A stretch of DNA of 64,000 nt from NCBI RefSeq assembly GCF_018977255.1, contig NW_024704742.1, forward strand, positions 56,980,001-57,044,000, in the 5' to 3' direction. A program made the position numbers and the translations under genes. The notes under the pieces were generated by a model that saw nothing but the letters and a program-made list of their open reading frames with translations, did no database searches and was not told the origin of the DNA. Within the stretch, counting starts at the first letter, position 1. Each line of letters opens with the position of its first letter. This DNA comes from Callorhinchus milii (taxonomy: Eukaryota). Positions 38,347 to 51,166 of this stretch are shown one piece after another.

Positions 38347-40039
38347 CTGGCAACAGGACATTCAGGAAAGAGGTTATTACAGGCGATTCCCATCAGATAA
38401 TTCCCATCATCTACTGAAGTACGTTTCCCTAGAACCTTTCTCCTCCTCTCTGAAAGTGGTCGCTCATGCTGGTGTTTGGTTCTGCTCATATTAACAACTT
38501 CTGGACATTTTGTTTGTGGCCATCTTTCAAAGGAGGACATTATAGCTAATTTCTATCTTGTGGTGATGCGGACACCATGCATTGCACTGTCTGGCATCTT
38601 TCGTGCGCTGTTACCCTGGGGCTCATCTGTTTGGTCAATGTTAAAATTGGTCATTTACATCACGGCCGTTTGTGGAACATTGCTGCGTGCAAATTGGCAA
38701 CCACATTCAGCTACAAACAAAATGCCTACATTTCACAGTAAAATTACATCTAAGGCATTATATCAAAATAATAATTATTTTAAATTATACATTTAATATT
38801 GTATAAAACATAATATATCTGTTAAGCCATAATATCAAAATGCAAAATTTCCATAGTTATTTTTTTTCTTAGAAGTAAATTGCAAGGGAATGTTCAATGG
38901 CGCTATTCATTTTAAAGGAATGAAGTGTTAAAGGTAACAGTGGTACTGGCTCAAGGGTCTGAATGGCAATAGAACATTACAATGCAGAAGATGGCCATTC
39001 AGGCCTTTATGCCTATGCTAGAACTATGAATGAACAATCCATTCAGTCCCATTTAGCTGCCTTTTCCCCATACCCTTCAAATTATTTTTTGGATACCTAT
39101 CTAGTTCTCTCTTGAAAACTAACATGGATCCTGCCTTGCCCATCGCTCTCTGCAGGGCAGCCCACATCCTAACCTTTCCTCCTAATCTCCCCTTTTTGCT
39201 CCTCCAGTCTTTGCCCGTAGCTCAAACCACCCATCCCTGATATCATCCTTATAAGATTCCTCTCCATCCTCTCTATGGGTGGGTGATCAAAACCAGAAAC
39301 AATATTCAAACAACACCTTAACTAATGATTTATACTAGTTTGCTAAAAATTACTGTATCTCTACATTTCCCTTGATATCTGCCCAGTGTGAAGGGCGCTA
39401 TATAAATGCAAGATGTTGTTGATATTTCAGGCAGATCTAAGATGAGGTTCACAACCTAACCTAATCTTCCAGCACCCGAGGGTGCACTGCTCAGTGTGCA
39501 ATTGTGCTCACAAATTTTAATTACCCTCAAGTTAGGTTTGACAATGGGAAACAATATTTACTGGCATCAATTCCAGCCAGTGATAAAAAATAAACCAATT
39601 TGTTGGAAAAAAATCAATTTAATTCTCATCCTATAGATAATGCAATATAAGAACACAGAAAAACGAATGAACAACCTTTATTGGATTGCAGCTTCTTGCC
39701 AATGGTGCTAGTTTATGTCCAATATTCCCAGGTTCACTTGTTACATTAATCAATGAGAATCTCTCAAGGAGCCAATGACCAAAAAAACAATAATGATCCA
39801 AGAAGTGTATTTCTTACCCCTCCCAATGAATTGTCTGCACATTCAGGCATTGCTGTTTCAATACCCCTAACCTCTGAAACTCCCTATCTGTCTTTAAATC
39901 CCACGTAAAGCCTCTTTGACCACACCTATAGTCACCTCTCCTTATTGCTCACCGTCTGAAGCTATTATTGTGAAGCACTCAGACATTATTCTATGACCTA
40001 CGCAAAGAGCGCTACATGAATGAAAGTGGCCAGGATGGT

Positions 40040-40850
40040 AGGAGGTTAGGAGGTCGCAGAGGTAAGGGGGAGCGAGGCCACGGAGGGCTTTGAGGGCGAG
40101 GACCAGGATCTTGAACTGCATCCTCTATGTGATGGGAAGTCAGTGGAGTCGGGCGAGGATGGGGGTGATAGGGTCACGGAGCCTGGTGCGTCAGAGGCCA
40201 CGAGCTGCAGAGTTCTGGATGATCTCCAGCCTGTGGAGGGGGTTGTTGGGGAGGCCGATAAGCAGTGAGTTTGCATAATCATGCCTCGATGCAATGAAGG
40301 CGTGTATGAGGGTTTTGGCGGCCTGCGGTGTGAGACAGTATCGGAGTCGAGCGATGTTGTGGTGGGGGAAGGTAGAGCGGGTCATGGCCAGATGTGGGGT
40401 AGAAAGGATATTTATGGATCAAACAATATGCCAAGGTTCTGGACTGGCTTAGCAAGGTGGAGTGTGCAACCATGGACGGTGATACTGTCAGCGCCTGAGG
40501 TGAGGAGGCGCTGACGGCAGCCAATCAGGAGAGCCTCGGTCTTGTTGACATTCAACTGAAGAAAGTTGGCTCTCATCCAGGACTTGATATCTGACAGATA
40601 TTCTGTCAGGACAGCAGTGATCCTAGAGTCAAGGGAGGAGGCAGAGAGATAGAGTTGGGTGTCATCCACACACATGTGGATGGGGACCCCATGTCTGTGG
40701 ATGATGTCACCAAGAGGGAGCATATAGATATTGAAGAGGAGGGGACCAAGGACAGAGCCCTGAGGAACGCCGCACAAAACAATACAGGGGCTAGACGAGA
40801 AGCCGTTTGTGGAGATGAAGTGGAGGTGGTGTGAGAGGTACGATTTGGGA
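40040..40850 (-). mobile_element. Degenerate L2 fragment
   Basis: [21 protein letters not shown]...[16 protein letters not shown]. Confidence 0.9.
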
Positions 40851-42977
40851 GAGTCATTCTGAGCATAAAGTCTTAAAGTGGCACGGATAGGAATACAGAG
40901 ACCTGTCTCTCAGCCTAACTCATGTTCACACTGCTTCGATAAGCAATAGCTTTGCTTTTCAACATATGCACCAAGACACAAAGCTCCAGGTGGCAAGTGA
41001 CAACAAGGGAATACAAGAGGGGTTGAGGAATGATGGTGATTCACAAAGTATAAACACCAGCACGACGAGTTGGTCTGAATGGCCGGTTTCCATGCTGTAA
41101 CAGGTTGTGTAATTCTACAACTATGAAATGTCATGTTGCACTTCTCCAGTCCTTTCAATGTAAAGATGAGAATCATATAAATAAACTTGCGCTCCCACTG
41201 TACACGCATGCCACAAAACAGCCAAAGGGAAACTTCCTCCACATTCAGGAAGCTAATCGGTATTTACTAGGCTTACAGAACTTCAGTAGAAATTAAATAG
41301 AATATTTTGTACCTAGATGAGCAGGATTTGAGAACACAATTACCCAGAAGTATGTATGTGCAGTGGCTTTCATTGATCTAATTAACAACAGTGTTATCAT
41401 TGATTTGCCCACATTTTGAGGTCTGGAGGCTACAATTAAACCGGAGAATTCTGCAGTTGGAGAAACCCACAACTGCCATCAGCAGAAGTATTGAGCCCAG
41501 GATTAATGAGCCCGGGAGCAATGGGACCCAAGGCTGCAAATAATTGGATTGGATAACTGTATCCCAGGACAAGGAGGATTTAAGAATAATAATGAATCTA
41601 CAAATCACCTCCCCCCACCACCCCTCCCCGAACTTGCTACAGATTACCACTCAAATGTTAAAAATGTTACCACTCAAATGTTACCCCTTCACATGCTACA
41701 AGTCGCCAAATTTATTACAAATAAACAATGTCATGGTACCAATAACCCAATAACATGATGCAATTACAAATTTAAAGCTTCAAACTTTGTTCCACCAGAA
41801 CGGGAAAAACAAATCTTTGCTTAATAGTCCAACGGCAGTATGGAACATTGCTTGTGACTGCACATTTCATCTAATTTTGCTTGATTTATGAATTACTCAG
41901 TCATATTGAATCACAGGCACTTTTATCATTTAAATACTTAGTTGGAATACATCACACAGCGTACAGATTTCCAAACATTGGTTTCAAAGTAATAATAACA
42001 TTTCTGGAAGATCAGCACAAAAGTAACATGGCTGGCTAGTTAATTAGGGTTCTTTTGGCAGCACCTTTAAGATTCACTTCATTAGCTATTTCTAAATATT
42101 ACCTACAAATCTTTTCACGCCAGCACCTCCCTGTCTCTGTCATCTCCTACACCACTATTCTGTTTGCCCCCTCCGACAGAAGACCTGCGACAAATCCTCC
42201 AACCCACCCACCTCACCATCAGTGGAAAAGCCTTCAGCAACCTTGCCCCACTCTTGGAACTCCTCTGTACCCCTTAGTCTCGCCTCCTCTCGATTGGTCT
42301 TTAAATGCCAGCAAAACAACTACCTCCTCACTCATACCTATTATCACCACCACCTCAACCCTCACTCAGCATCTAATACTATCCCTGTGAAGGGTTCCAA
42401 GACATTATCCTGTATAAATCCAAGACGTAATTGGTGTTGTATTGTTTCTCAAGCTGAAGACCAGCTTAGCTTATCCAAGAGTAGGAGCAGCAGCACCAGT
42501 AAAATTAAATGATTCAGTGCATGACCTGGTTACAAACTTGAATCTGTCAACTGTTGGCCCATATTAATCCAGACAACTACCTGATGCAATGTATCATGGA
42601 GAGTTAAGCTGTTATTGATCAGACATCTCCAGAGAATGAAAGTCAAGGTTACAAAGCTAGAGCTTTTTTGAAAAAAACTGCAAAAGGTTCCCTCTCTCCT
42701 GTTGGAAAAAGACACTGCTGAGTTTGGCACTGAGCTCTGAACAACACAAACCGTAAGGTTCCTAGGTTTAATCCGCAATCTCAGCCCACGTGGTACTATA
42801 ATTGATCTTATTGCTCCTGGCCTTGGGAGAGGGAAATACGATTAGGGCTTTCACAGCTTATTACAACTATTGGTACTTCTACACAGTAAGTCAGATCCCT
42901 TTAGCACAATAATCGTGTTCACATGATGACTGCGAATGTATTATCTGGACCAGATAGTTTCTCTATCATAACAATGA

Positions 42978-44595
42978 AAACAACAACAACAACAAGATTC
43001 CATTTATAAAGCGCCTTTCACATCAGGAGGACGTCCCAAGGCGCTGCACAGTTGGGTCATGACCCGAGCAGGGGGGAAATGATCAGGGTGAGGGGAGGGA
43101 AGGGAGGGAGCGAGGAGGGGGGCAAATGGTCAGGGTGAGGGGAGGGAAGGGAGGGAGCGAGGAGGGGGGAAATGGTCAGGGTGAGGAGGGAGGGAGGAGG
43201 AGGGGGGAAATGGTCAGGGTGAGGGGAGGGAAGGGAGGGAGGAGGAGGGGGGAAATGGTGAGGGTGAGGGGAGGGAAGGGAGGGAGCGAGGAGGGGGAAG
43301 AGAGTCGAGAGGGGAGCTGAAGGCTCGGTCAAAGAGAAAGGTTTTGAGACCGGCCTTGAAGGAGGAGAGGGAGGAAGCGGCGAAGGCACTGGGGGATAGA
43401 GTTCCAGAGCCTCGGGGCTGAGAGGCTGAAGGCCCGACCACCGATGGTAGGGCGATTGGGGCGGGGGACGTGGAGCAGACCGGAGCCGAGAGGAACGGAG
43501 GGTACGGGCAGGTAGGTAGGGGGATAGTAGGTTGGAGAGGTAGGAGGGAGCAAGGCCGTGAATGGCCTTGTAGGTGAGGATGAGGATCTTGAAATCAATC
43601 CTCTGGGGGATGGGGAGCCAGTGGAGGCGAGCGAGGGTGGGAGTGATGTGGTCGCGAAGCCTGGTGCGGGACAGTACACGAGCTGCAGAGTTCTGAATGA
43701 CCTGCAGCTTGTGGAGGGAGGTGGCGGGAAGGCCGGCGAGGAGAGAGTTCCCATAGTCCAGCCTTGAGGTGACAAAGGCGTGAACCAGGGTTTCAGCAGC
43801 GTGAGGGGTGAGGTAGTGCCGTAGTCTGGCGATGTTCCGGAGGTGATGGAAGGCGGTGCCAGTTGTGGTGCGGATGTGAGGGAGAAAGGACAGCTCAGGA
43901 TCGAACAAAACGCCGAGGTTCCTGACCGGCTTTGAGAGGTGGAGAGTGCAGCCTTGGATGCTGATGGTGTCGGCGCCTGAGGTGCGGAGGCGCTGACATG
44001 AGCCAATCAGGAGGGCCTCGGTTTTTCGCACGTTGAGCTGAAGAAAGTTGTCTCTCGTCCAGGACTCGATGTCGGACAGGCAGCTGTCAGGACATCGGTG
44101 GTCGTGGAGTTGAGAGTAGAGGAGGAAAGGTAGAGTTGGGTGTCATCCGCATACATGTGGAAGTTAACTCCATGTCTGCGGATGATGTCACCAAGGGGGA
44201 GCATATAGAGGGTGAAGAGGAGGGGACCGAGGACAGAGCCCTGAGGGACACCACATGAGACAGTGCGGGGGGTGGAGGAGAAGCCATTCGTCGAGACAAA
44301 TGAAGACGGTGAGAAAGGTACGACCTAAACCATTCAAGGACAGTGCCTTGAAGGTTGAGGTGGGAGGACAAGCGGTGGAGTAGGATAGCGTGGTCGACCG
44401 TATCGAATGCTGCCGATAGGTCGAGGAGGATGAGGAGGCAGAGGGAGCCCTGGTCACAGATGGTCAGGATATCATTGGTGACCTTGACCAGGGCAGTTTC
44501 TGTGCTATGGGCAGCACGGAAACCTGACTGAAGGGGTTCGAAAAGTGAATGGGTGGAAAGGAAAGAGCGCAGTTGGGAGGCGACAACTCTTTCAA
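42978..44595 (-). mobile_element. Young 5'-truncated L2-clade LINE, same subfamily
   Basis: YADDTQLY and LHWLPIPQRIDFKILILTYKAIHGLAPSYL; near-identical to 32173-34110; (TTG)n tail. Confidence 0.96.
43070..43300. repeat. G-rich minisatellite (about 5 imperfect ~40-47-bp units) in an L2 3' UTR
   Basis: Repeated GGGGGGAAATGGTCAGGGTGAGGGGAGGGAAGGGAGGGAG(C)GAGG. Confidence 0.85.
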
Positions 44596-44864
44596 AACAT
44601 CAGTTCCATCACATTAGTAACATAATCATTTATCTACAACTACAGTCACTACACGTTATGATAAAATCCAGCAAAGCACTTTGAGATGTTCCAATGCTAT
44701 AAGTTATTATATCAAATGCAAGGATTATTATTATATTATATAGAAATTGTAATCATTTTGTTTCCAATAAAGGGTAAAGCCAAGTCACAAAGCCTAACTT
44801 AACCAGAACCCAAATCCTCAAACTTCAGCACCTTTTGCATATCAAAAGGTGGTTAGCAGATCAA

Positions 44865-45220
44865 TGGTTGGAGCACTCGCCACATAAGCAAGAGACCTGG
44901 GTTCGATTCCCGATAGGGCGAAACGTTAAGCAAGTTTCCTTACTCCATACGCCTCTATTTACTTAGCAGTAAGTACGAACCCGGTTGTTAGTCAATTGCC
45001 AGATTGTTTTTCCGGAGGGAATAATTCCTTAAAAAAAATAATAAAATTGGTCACTCAATCACGACTTTGGGGACTGCTGTGCCCAATTGACTGCCGCTTT
45101 TCACCCACAAAATATACAGTCAAATTCACTTTACAGTATATTCTGTGAAGCGCTTTGAGACTTCTCAAAGACGTGATAAGGTGCTATATCAAATGCAAGG
45201 TTTATTATTATCATTATCAT
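44865..45220 (+). mobile_element. Young tRNA/Deu SINE
   Basis: GGTTGGAGCACTCGC...GGTTCGATTCC; tail ATATCAAATGCAAGG(TTA)n. Confidence 0.88.
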
Positions 45221-46578
45221 CAAAGTGAGACGGCGGTGTGCTCATATCACAACTCAAAGAAAAAATTAAACTGTACAACATCTCATTTTGTACCAGTTTA
45301 ACACGTTTTTCTTCATGCCAACTTAGAACTAAACGCACTCTCCATCACCAGTTACATCATTATTAAAATGGACATCAGACTCCATCTGATTGCCTTTGTA
45401 TCACATGCTACCATTAACATTGCACATTACAGTAATGATTCATTAACTGCCTATTTGTAAATATATTGTATGCCTTCCAATCCTTAACTTATTCCTAATT
45501 GGTTTTTAGGTCCAACATGCTAAGAAGTCTTTTTCATCTCTCGAGAGTTTCAGCCTACTGAGAATGCCTCCAAAGCACCTTATCACATATCAGCCTCCAA
45601 AAAGACACAGAAAGGTTAAAAGTAAAATAGAACTAAAAAGAGCAAAATCTAGAACACAAAGTTCCCTGAAAATTATTGCGATCCATTTCTCACTCGGTCT
45701 TTGTGAAACTCTTTACAAGACTTTCTCCCAGACTGAATGACTATACAAGTGTAAATTGTTGTTGATCTGGAGAATGCCATTTCTTTCATCCCATCAACTA
45801 CAATCTCAATTTCTGAAGAACACAGATGCTGGTTTACAGAACCTCAGACATAAGGGAACTTCAAAATGTACATTGCTAGAATTGAATCAGCTATAAGCAC
45901 ACAATTTGTTAATTAAGAGGCACGTTTAATGTTTTCTGCAGCACATCAAACTAGAACAAACCATTAGTGTCAGGGATATCAGGAGCTGTGGCAAAAGAAT
46001 GCTATTCACCAAGTGATACCCTCCAAGTGTCACTGATGAGGCTGGCAGGCTTGTCGATCATTAACAGTGCCCTGGAATACTTTGCTCCTGCCTGCCTCAA
46101 GTATCAGGGAACAGAGTTCACCATAAAGAGTTGAATCAGCTCAACTCTCCCTTGACCAGGCACATCACCATGGAGTTCAACGCCTGAGAAATCCAGTTTG
46201 GTCACAAGTTGAGATCGAGTGTAGATTCAGCTATCACTAAATAGTACCAGGAACTCCCTGAGCAGCATGGTAAAGCGACGCAGCTACACAAAAATAACAT
46301 CCAATAAAAGTGTCATACACCACAACCAGTGAATGGTCTTCATCATCAAATTCTGCTTCAGGTTGGCTCCTCTGTCACCAGCAGCGCCTTGGAATACTGC
46401 TTACCTTCCTGGCTCAGACTACCGCCCGCCACAGAGGGATGACTCAATCCCAACATTTCAGACTCCCGATTACCAGGAAGTTTAATAAAATATCTACATC
46501 GATAGAACAAAACGACAGATTGAAGTACATCCAATGAAACCGATAACTGAAGATGTAATATACCATGGCAACATATAC

Positions 46579-46751
46579 CTTTCATGGCTAATATTTCTGC
46601 AAGAACAATTCGCAGACTGCGAGAATGGACATCTTTTGTGGTTAAAAGACAGAGCACCAGCACTCGTGAACATGTGCGCAGGAATCGGCTCTCATCTTCG
46701 GGGCTCTTCAAGCATGGGTGTAGGGCAAAAGGCTTGGGCTGTTCCTCCTGC
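46579..46751 (-). CDS. SNX25: SNX25 exon, PXA domain (173 nt)
   Basis: tctttctag|G CAG GAG...ATG AAA G|gtatat; QEEQPKPFALHPCLKSPEDESRFLRTCSRVLVLCLLTTKDVHSRSLRIVLAEILAMK. Confidence 0.93.
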
Positions 46752-49119
46752 CTAGAAAGAACAATATTTAAATCACATACATCAAAGGTCAGCATTATTC
46801 CAATAAAAAAAATTACATTTCACCTACACTATAGTGCCTTTCACATCAGGAGGACATCCCAAAGCCCTGAACAGTCAAGAATTTGGACCTGAGCAGGGAT
46901 CAGGAGGGGTGGAGGCCAGGGATAGGAGGGTGGCTGAAGGTGCGGTCAAAGAGGGAGAGAGCAAAGCTGTGGGATGGAGTTCCAAAGGTAAACTTTAAGA
47001 CAATCGTCCTAAACTAATTAAATGATTCTTGCATTTGATTTGCATTTTACATCAGGACAACGGGATATATTGTAAAGTGGAGCAGCTGCGTATTTTGCAG
47101 GCAACATGGCAGTTAATTTGTGTACAAGAATATCCCATAAATCAGCACAAAGTGAATGACCAATTTTATTTGGGGATTGATAGCCAGAACACTGGGAAAT
47201 ACTTCCTTCTCTTTTTGAATAGTACCATGGGATATAGTACCGATATCGGGCTTGAACCCACTGCCTTCTGACTCAGATACAAGAGTACGACCAACTGAGC
47301 CAGGCTGACACCTAAATTGTGAGCTGCAGAATTTCAGAAAATTCCTAAATCTAGTTTTAATTTAAAAGGCATTTTTCTCCAATGCCAAAAAATATCAGGG
47401 GGAAAAATAGGATAGTGAATTTTCCCAAATTCTGCACAATTTTAACATTGAAGTCTTAAGGATATGAACTGGAGAAACTTCAGGCCTGTGGCTTCTTGCT
47501 TGCCGGGTGCATGTTGGGAGCCATTAAGCAAGTGCCCGGCTGTCTCTAACCAGTAGCAATAAGGTATTAAAAGAGTTAAAAGTGGGAATGAATGAATGTG
47601 ATAATTACACAGGTATCTTCTTCTTCACAACAGATGTAACAAACCAGTAGTGCCCGACAGTATTCACAGGTCTCGGGAGTACTAAACACAGAAGCCACTC
47701 CATGGAATGTGCATAGCAGAACCAAACCTAGTTATTTCAATTATTTCAAAGATCTGCAAAGGTGATCTTACTAGGGATTTATCTTACTTTTGTTACAGCT
47801 CTTTCAGCAAGGGAGGCTGGTAATAAGCTCATTATAATCCGGTTTGCAGCAGAGGTCCTGATACAGTGCATCAGCAATGCTCCTTTTCAACATTGGCGAA
47901 CACCAGGCAATACCCAACACTGGTTAACAAACTGACCTCTTCTCAGAGCTTTCAGAGGCAAAGATAAACAACAGTGACTAAAGACAAGTGACCGTTAGGT
48001 CAAATTCAAGAGAAAGGCAGCCTGACCTGGACACATGTATGTGGCCTGTACTAAAAAACAATATCTATACCATCTCAAGTCTGTACTTCGAACTGTACTT
48101 TATGATGAAATGCTAAGTCTCACTAGAACAATTTAACAGCTTTTATACCGGTAGAGTTAACGGTACAAATGGATTAAAAGTAATAATACTGGTTTGTAAT
48201 TATTGCAAGATACCTTCACAAATCACTGCTCAATGATAACCAGAAGTGTTAAATAGACAATGTTATCAGAAAATCAAACTGAATTAATTATTTTATTTCA
48301 CTGAGAACAGGAAACCGAGAATCAAATTCCATTTTGCTGAAACTTTGAAAAGCTGTGTATCTTGCGAGGCATACAAGATAGGTTTGTAGAAGATTGATCC
48401 ACTGGATGTCTGCATGTGTGGATATTAAGTGAAGGCAGGCTGAGGTGCCCCTATGATTGAACAACCTGCCAAAACTCACAATTGAGGTTCAGAAATTGAG
48501 AATGGCCACTTTGGTGAGGTGCCTGAGGGTGACCAGTAGCTGTGGAATTATACCTTCCAGCAGAAGAAAAATGAAGAAAGAGTCAAACTGCTGGAGGAAA
48601 GTGAAAGAGAAATTACACAATTAATTTAGAGACAGTAATAATGTCAGATAAGGTCACTGCTGAGCTCACTGAGAATTCCAAACATAAGTGTCCTGGACGG
48701 TACAGGTCAGAACAACTGACTCACTTAAAAAACAGTATGATGGTGTGATGGTAGGGTGGGATGTTCTGGAAGGATGAGATCAGATAAGCTGCAGGGCCTT
48801 CTTCATCCAAACCAATCTTGTGAGTAGTTGGGAAAGAGGGATGAAGGGAGAAGAGCAGAATCCTGATTCAAACAGCAAAACGTTATACATAGCATCTTCT
48901 GTGAATATTATTTTCAAATTTATTCAGACTTGCCTCTGGCCCCAATCATCTTGAATATGGGGAAGTGGCCACAAAAGAGTTGGTCTTTATTTTGCTCATA
49001 TATGCAAAGAAAGACGCCTTAATTTGACGAATGGTCTTTGTATTAGAAAAAGTTCAGAACAGACCAAGCAGATTGGTCTCAAATAGGACTACAATATTCA
49101 ATGCAATTTACACTATACG

Positions 49120-49640
49120 GTGGCTTTCACATTTGGAGGACATCCAAAGAGCTCGATAATTCTGGTTCTCAATCGGAGCTGAGGGTGTGGGCCAAGGGTG
49201 GGTGAGGAGGAGGAAGATGAACGAAAGAGAGGCCAAAGAGGTAAGTTTTTAGGAGTAGCTTATAAAAAGTGGAGGAAGCAAGTCAGGGGAACCTGGAAAT
49301 GGCATTCCAGAGAGTGGACACCAAGTGGCTGTAAACCGGCCTGCTGATAATGGGACAGATAGAGCAGGGCACATGGAGTAGGTCAGTGTCGACAGAGAGA
49401 AGGGAACAGACAGGTTGGTATGGGTGAAGAAGATAGAGTAGAGTTAAACCATGGAAGGATTTAAATGTGAGAACAAAGATCTTGAGCTCCATCCCTTGGG
49501 GGCATAGAGAGTCGGTGGAGCTGAGCAAGGATGGGTGTGACAGACTCGCAGACACTGGCACAGGAGACAACACAGACTGCAGAGGTCTGGACAGTCTGCA
49601 GCCTGAGCGGGGAATAGCTGGTTGAGTCCAATAAGCAGCG
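49120..49640 (-). mobile_element. Old L2 3' fragment
   Basis: LKIFVLTFKSFHGLT...STLWNAI. Confidence 0.7.
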
Positions 49641-49815
49641 AAGAAAGATTTAAAGATTAAGATTCACAGTCTAGAAAACAGCAGTTACAGAAAGAATACA
49701 TCAAGTACATAAAATAATGATTATAGATAGGAAACTCAGACTCTTACTTCAAAGTAAGACCGGAGGATATAAATGATAAATGCACAAATTAAACCTAGTT
49801 TGAGCAGCGCATTAC

Positions 49816-50032
49816 CTGGCATTTGCAGCCTTGAGGTCACAGAAGTGGGTGAGTAGAGTCCGAACGACATCATTACAAACAACTTTAACTATGTCGATAT
49901 TCATCAATCGAATGCGCAGTTGCTTTGCTATTTCCCAGAAATCTTCGGATAGCATGTGGTACAGCTGTCCTTCATCTTTGCTGATCTCCACATACCAGGA
50001 AAGAACATAGTCCCTGTAGCTGTAGTCAAACA
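49816..50032 (-). CDS. SNX25: SNX25 exon, PXA domain N-part (217 nt)
   Basis: tgtttcag|TG TTT GAC TAC...GCC AG|gtaatg; VFDYSYRDYVLSWYVEISKDEGQLYHMLSEDFWEIAKQLRIRLMNIDIVKVVCNDVVRTLLTHFCDLKAANAR. Confidence 0.95.
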
Positions 50033-51166
50033 CTGAAACACAAAATATCACAGAAACAGCCAGATCAGTCAGAATTTTTGAAAGGTTAGGCACAAAATTC
50101 CGTTAAGGTTATACATGCCCCCTGCACTTGTTACATCAGATGTTGAAAGTGAGTGACTGAACTGGATTCGAATGCAGGCCAAATGATCCTTGCATTTGAT
50201 ATTTTGTAGTGGAGTGACAGTGTATTTGTGGATGAACGTGGCAGCCAATTTACATGCAGCAATCAACAGCAACAAGATTCCATTTATAGAGCGCCTTTAA
50301 TAATCCTTGCATTTGATATAGCGCTTTTCACGTCGGGAGGACGTCCCAAGGCGCTGTACAGTTGGGTCAGGACCCGATCAGGGGGGAAATGGTGAGGGGA
50401 GGGAAGGGAGGGAGCGAGGAGGGGGTAGAGAGTCGAGAGGGGAGCTGAAGGCACGGTCAAAGAGAAGCAATGTCTCACAGAAAGCCATCAAGTAAATAAC
50501 AAACTTTTTCTGGGGGATTGTTGTCCAGATGACCGGAGGAAACTCCATTCTCTTTTTGAATTTTTACTATGGAACCTTGAGCGCCCACCCAAACAGGCAC
50601 AGATGGGGCCTTGCTTTAAATCGTTCAAGATGGCACCTCCAACCATGTAGTGTAGATGAGATGGTACAGGGATAATATAATACTTTTCAGTCACTGAGAA
50701 GTGGATTCAGATCTAGCGCTGAATGAAGAGACAAAGTGATCTTGTACAAATAGTTTTGTAAGCAATGAGCTGGGCCAATGGAAAAGTGCGGGCGCACATT
50801 TTCTGCATTTTCCGCCAAAACGGCCCTCATCCGCTACAAACAGCCCCTCAGGTAATAACCTTTACACACAGTGCGCCAGGCCCCAGGCCACTCGCATTGT
50901 TTGCTCAGTGATACTACTATGGTCCGCACATGCGGTGGCCTGCGGTGAATTTTGGGATTGCGGAAGCGGCATGTGCGGAAAAACCACTTCGCTGGTAAAT
51001 AAACCTCGATACAAAAAGCAGCCGCGTCACACTACTGCGACAAACTCGTGGTAAGTGCTGTACTATTAAAATATTTAGTATCTTAAACATAAACTGCATT
51101 TTCAGGAAATATATACCTATAGTTTTAATCCGTGTTGTTTTACTTTTTAGGTTGTACAATACAAAA

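Larger units (their letters stand above)
1818..50032 (-). other. SNX25: SNX25 gene, internal span (9 coding exons, 8 complete introns); gene continues beyond both ends of this span
   Basis: The joined exons give one uninterrupted frame, VFDYSYRDYVLSWY...RTDWWCENLGQWKATISSSE, matching vertebrate SNX25 as I recall it (PXA-RGS-coiled coil). Every junction is GT-AG with matching phases. Confidence 0.96.

Noticed and set aside
38316..38540. 74-aa ORF overlapping an SNX25 acceptor
   Set aside because: Different frame from SNX25, no recognisable homology, and a length expected by chance
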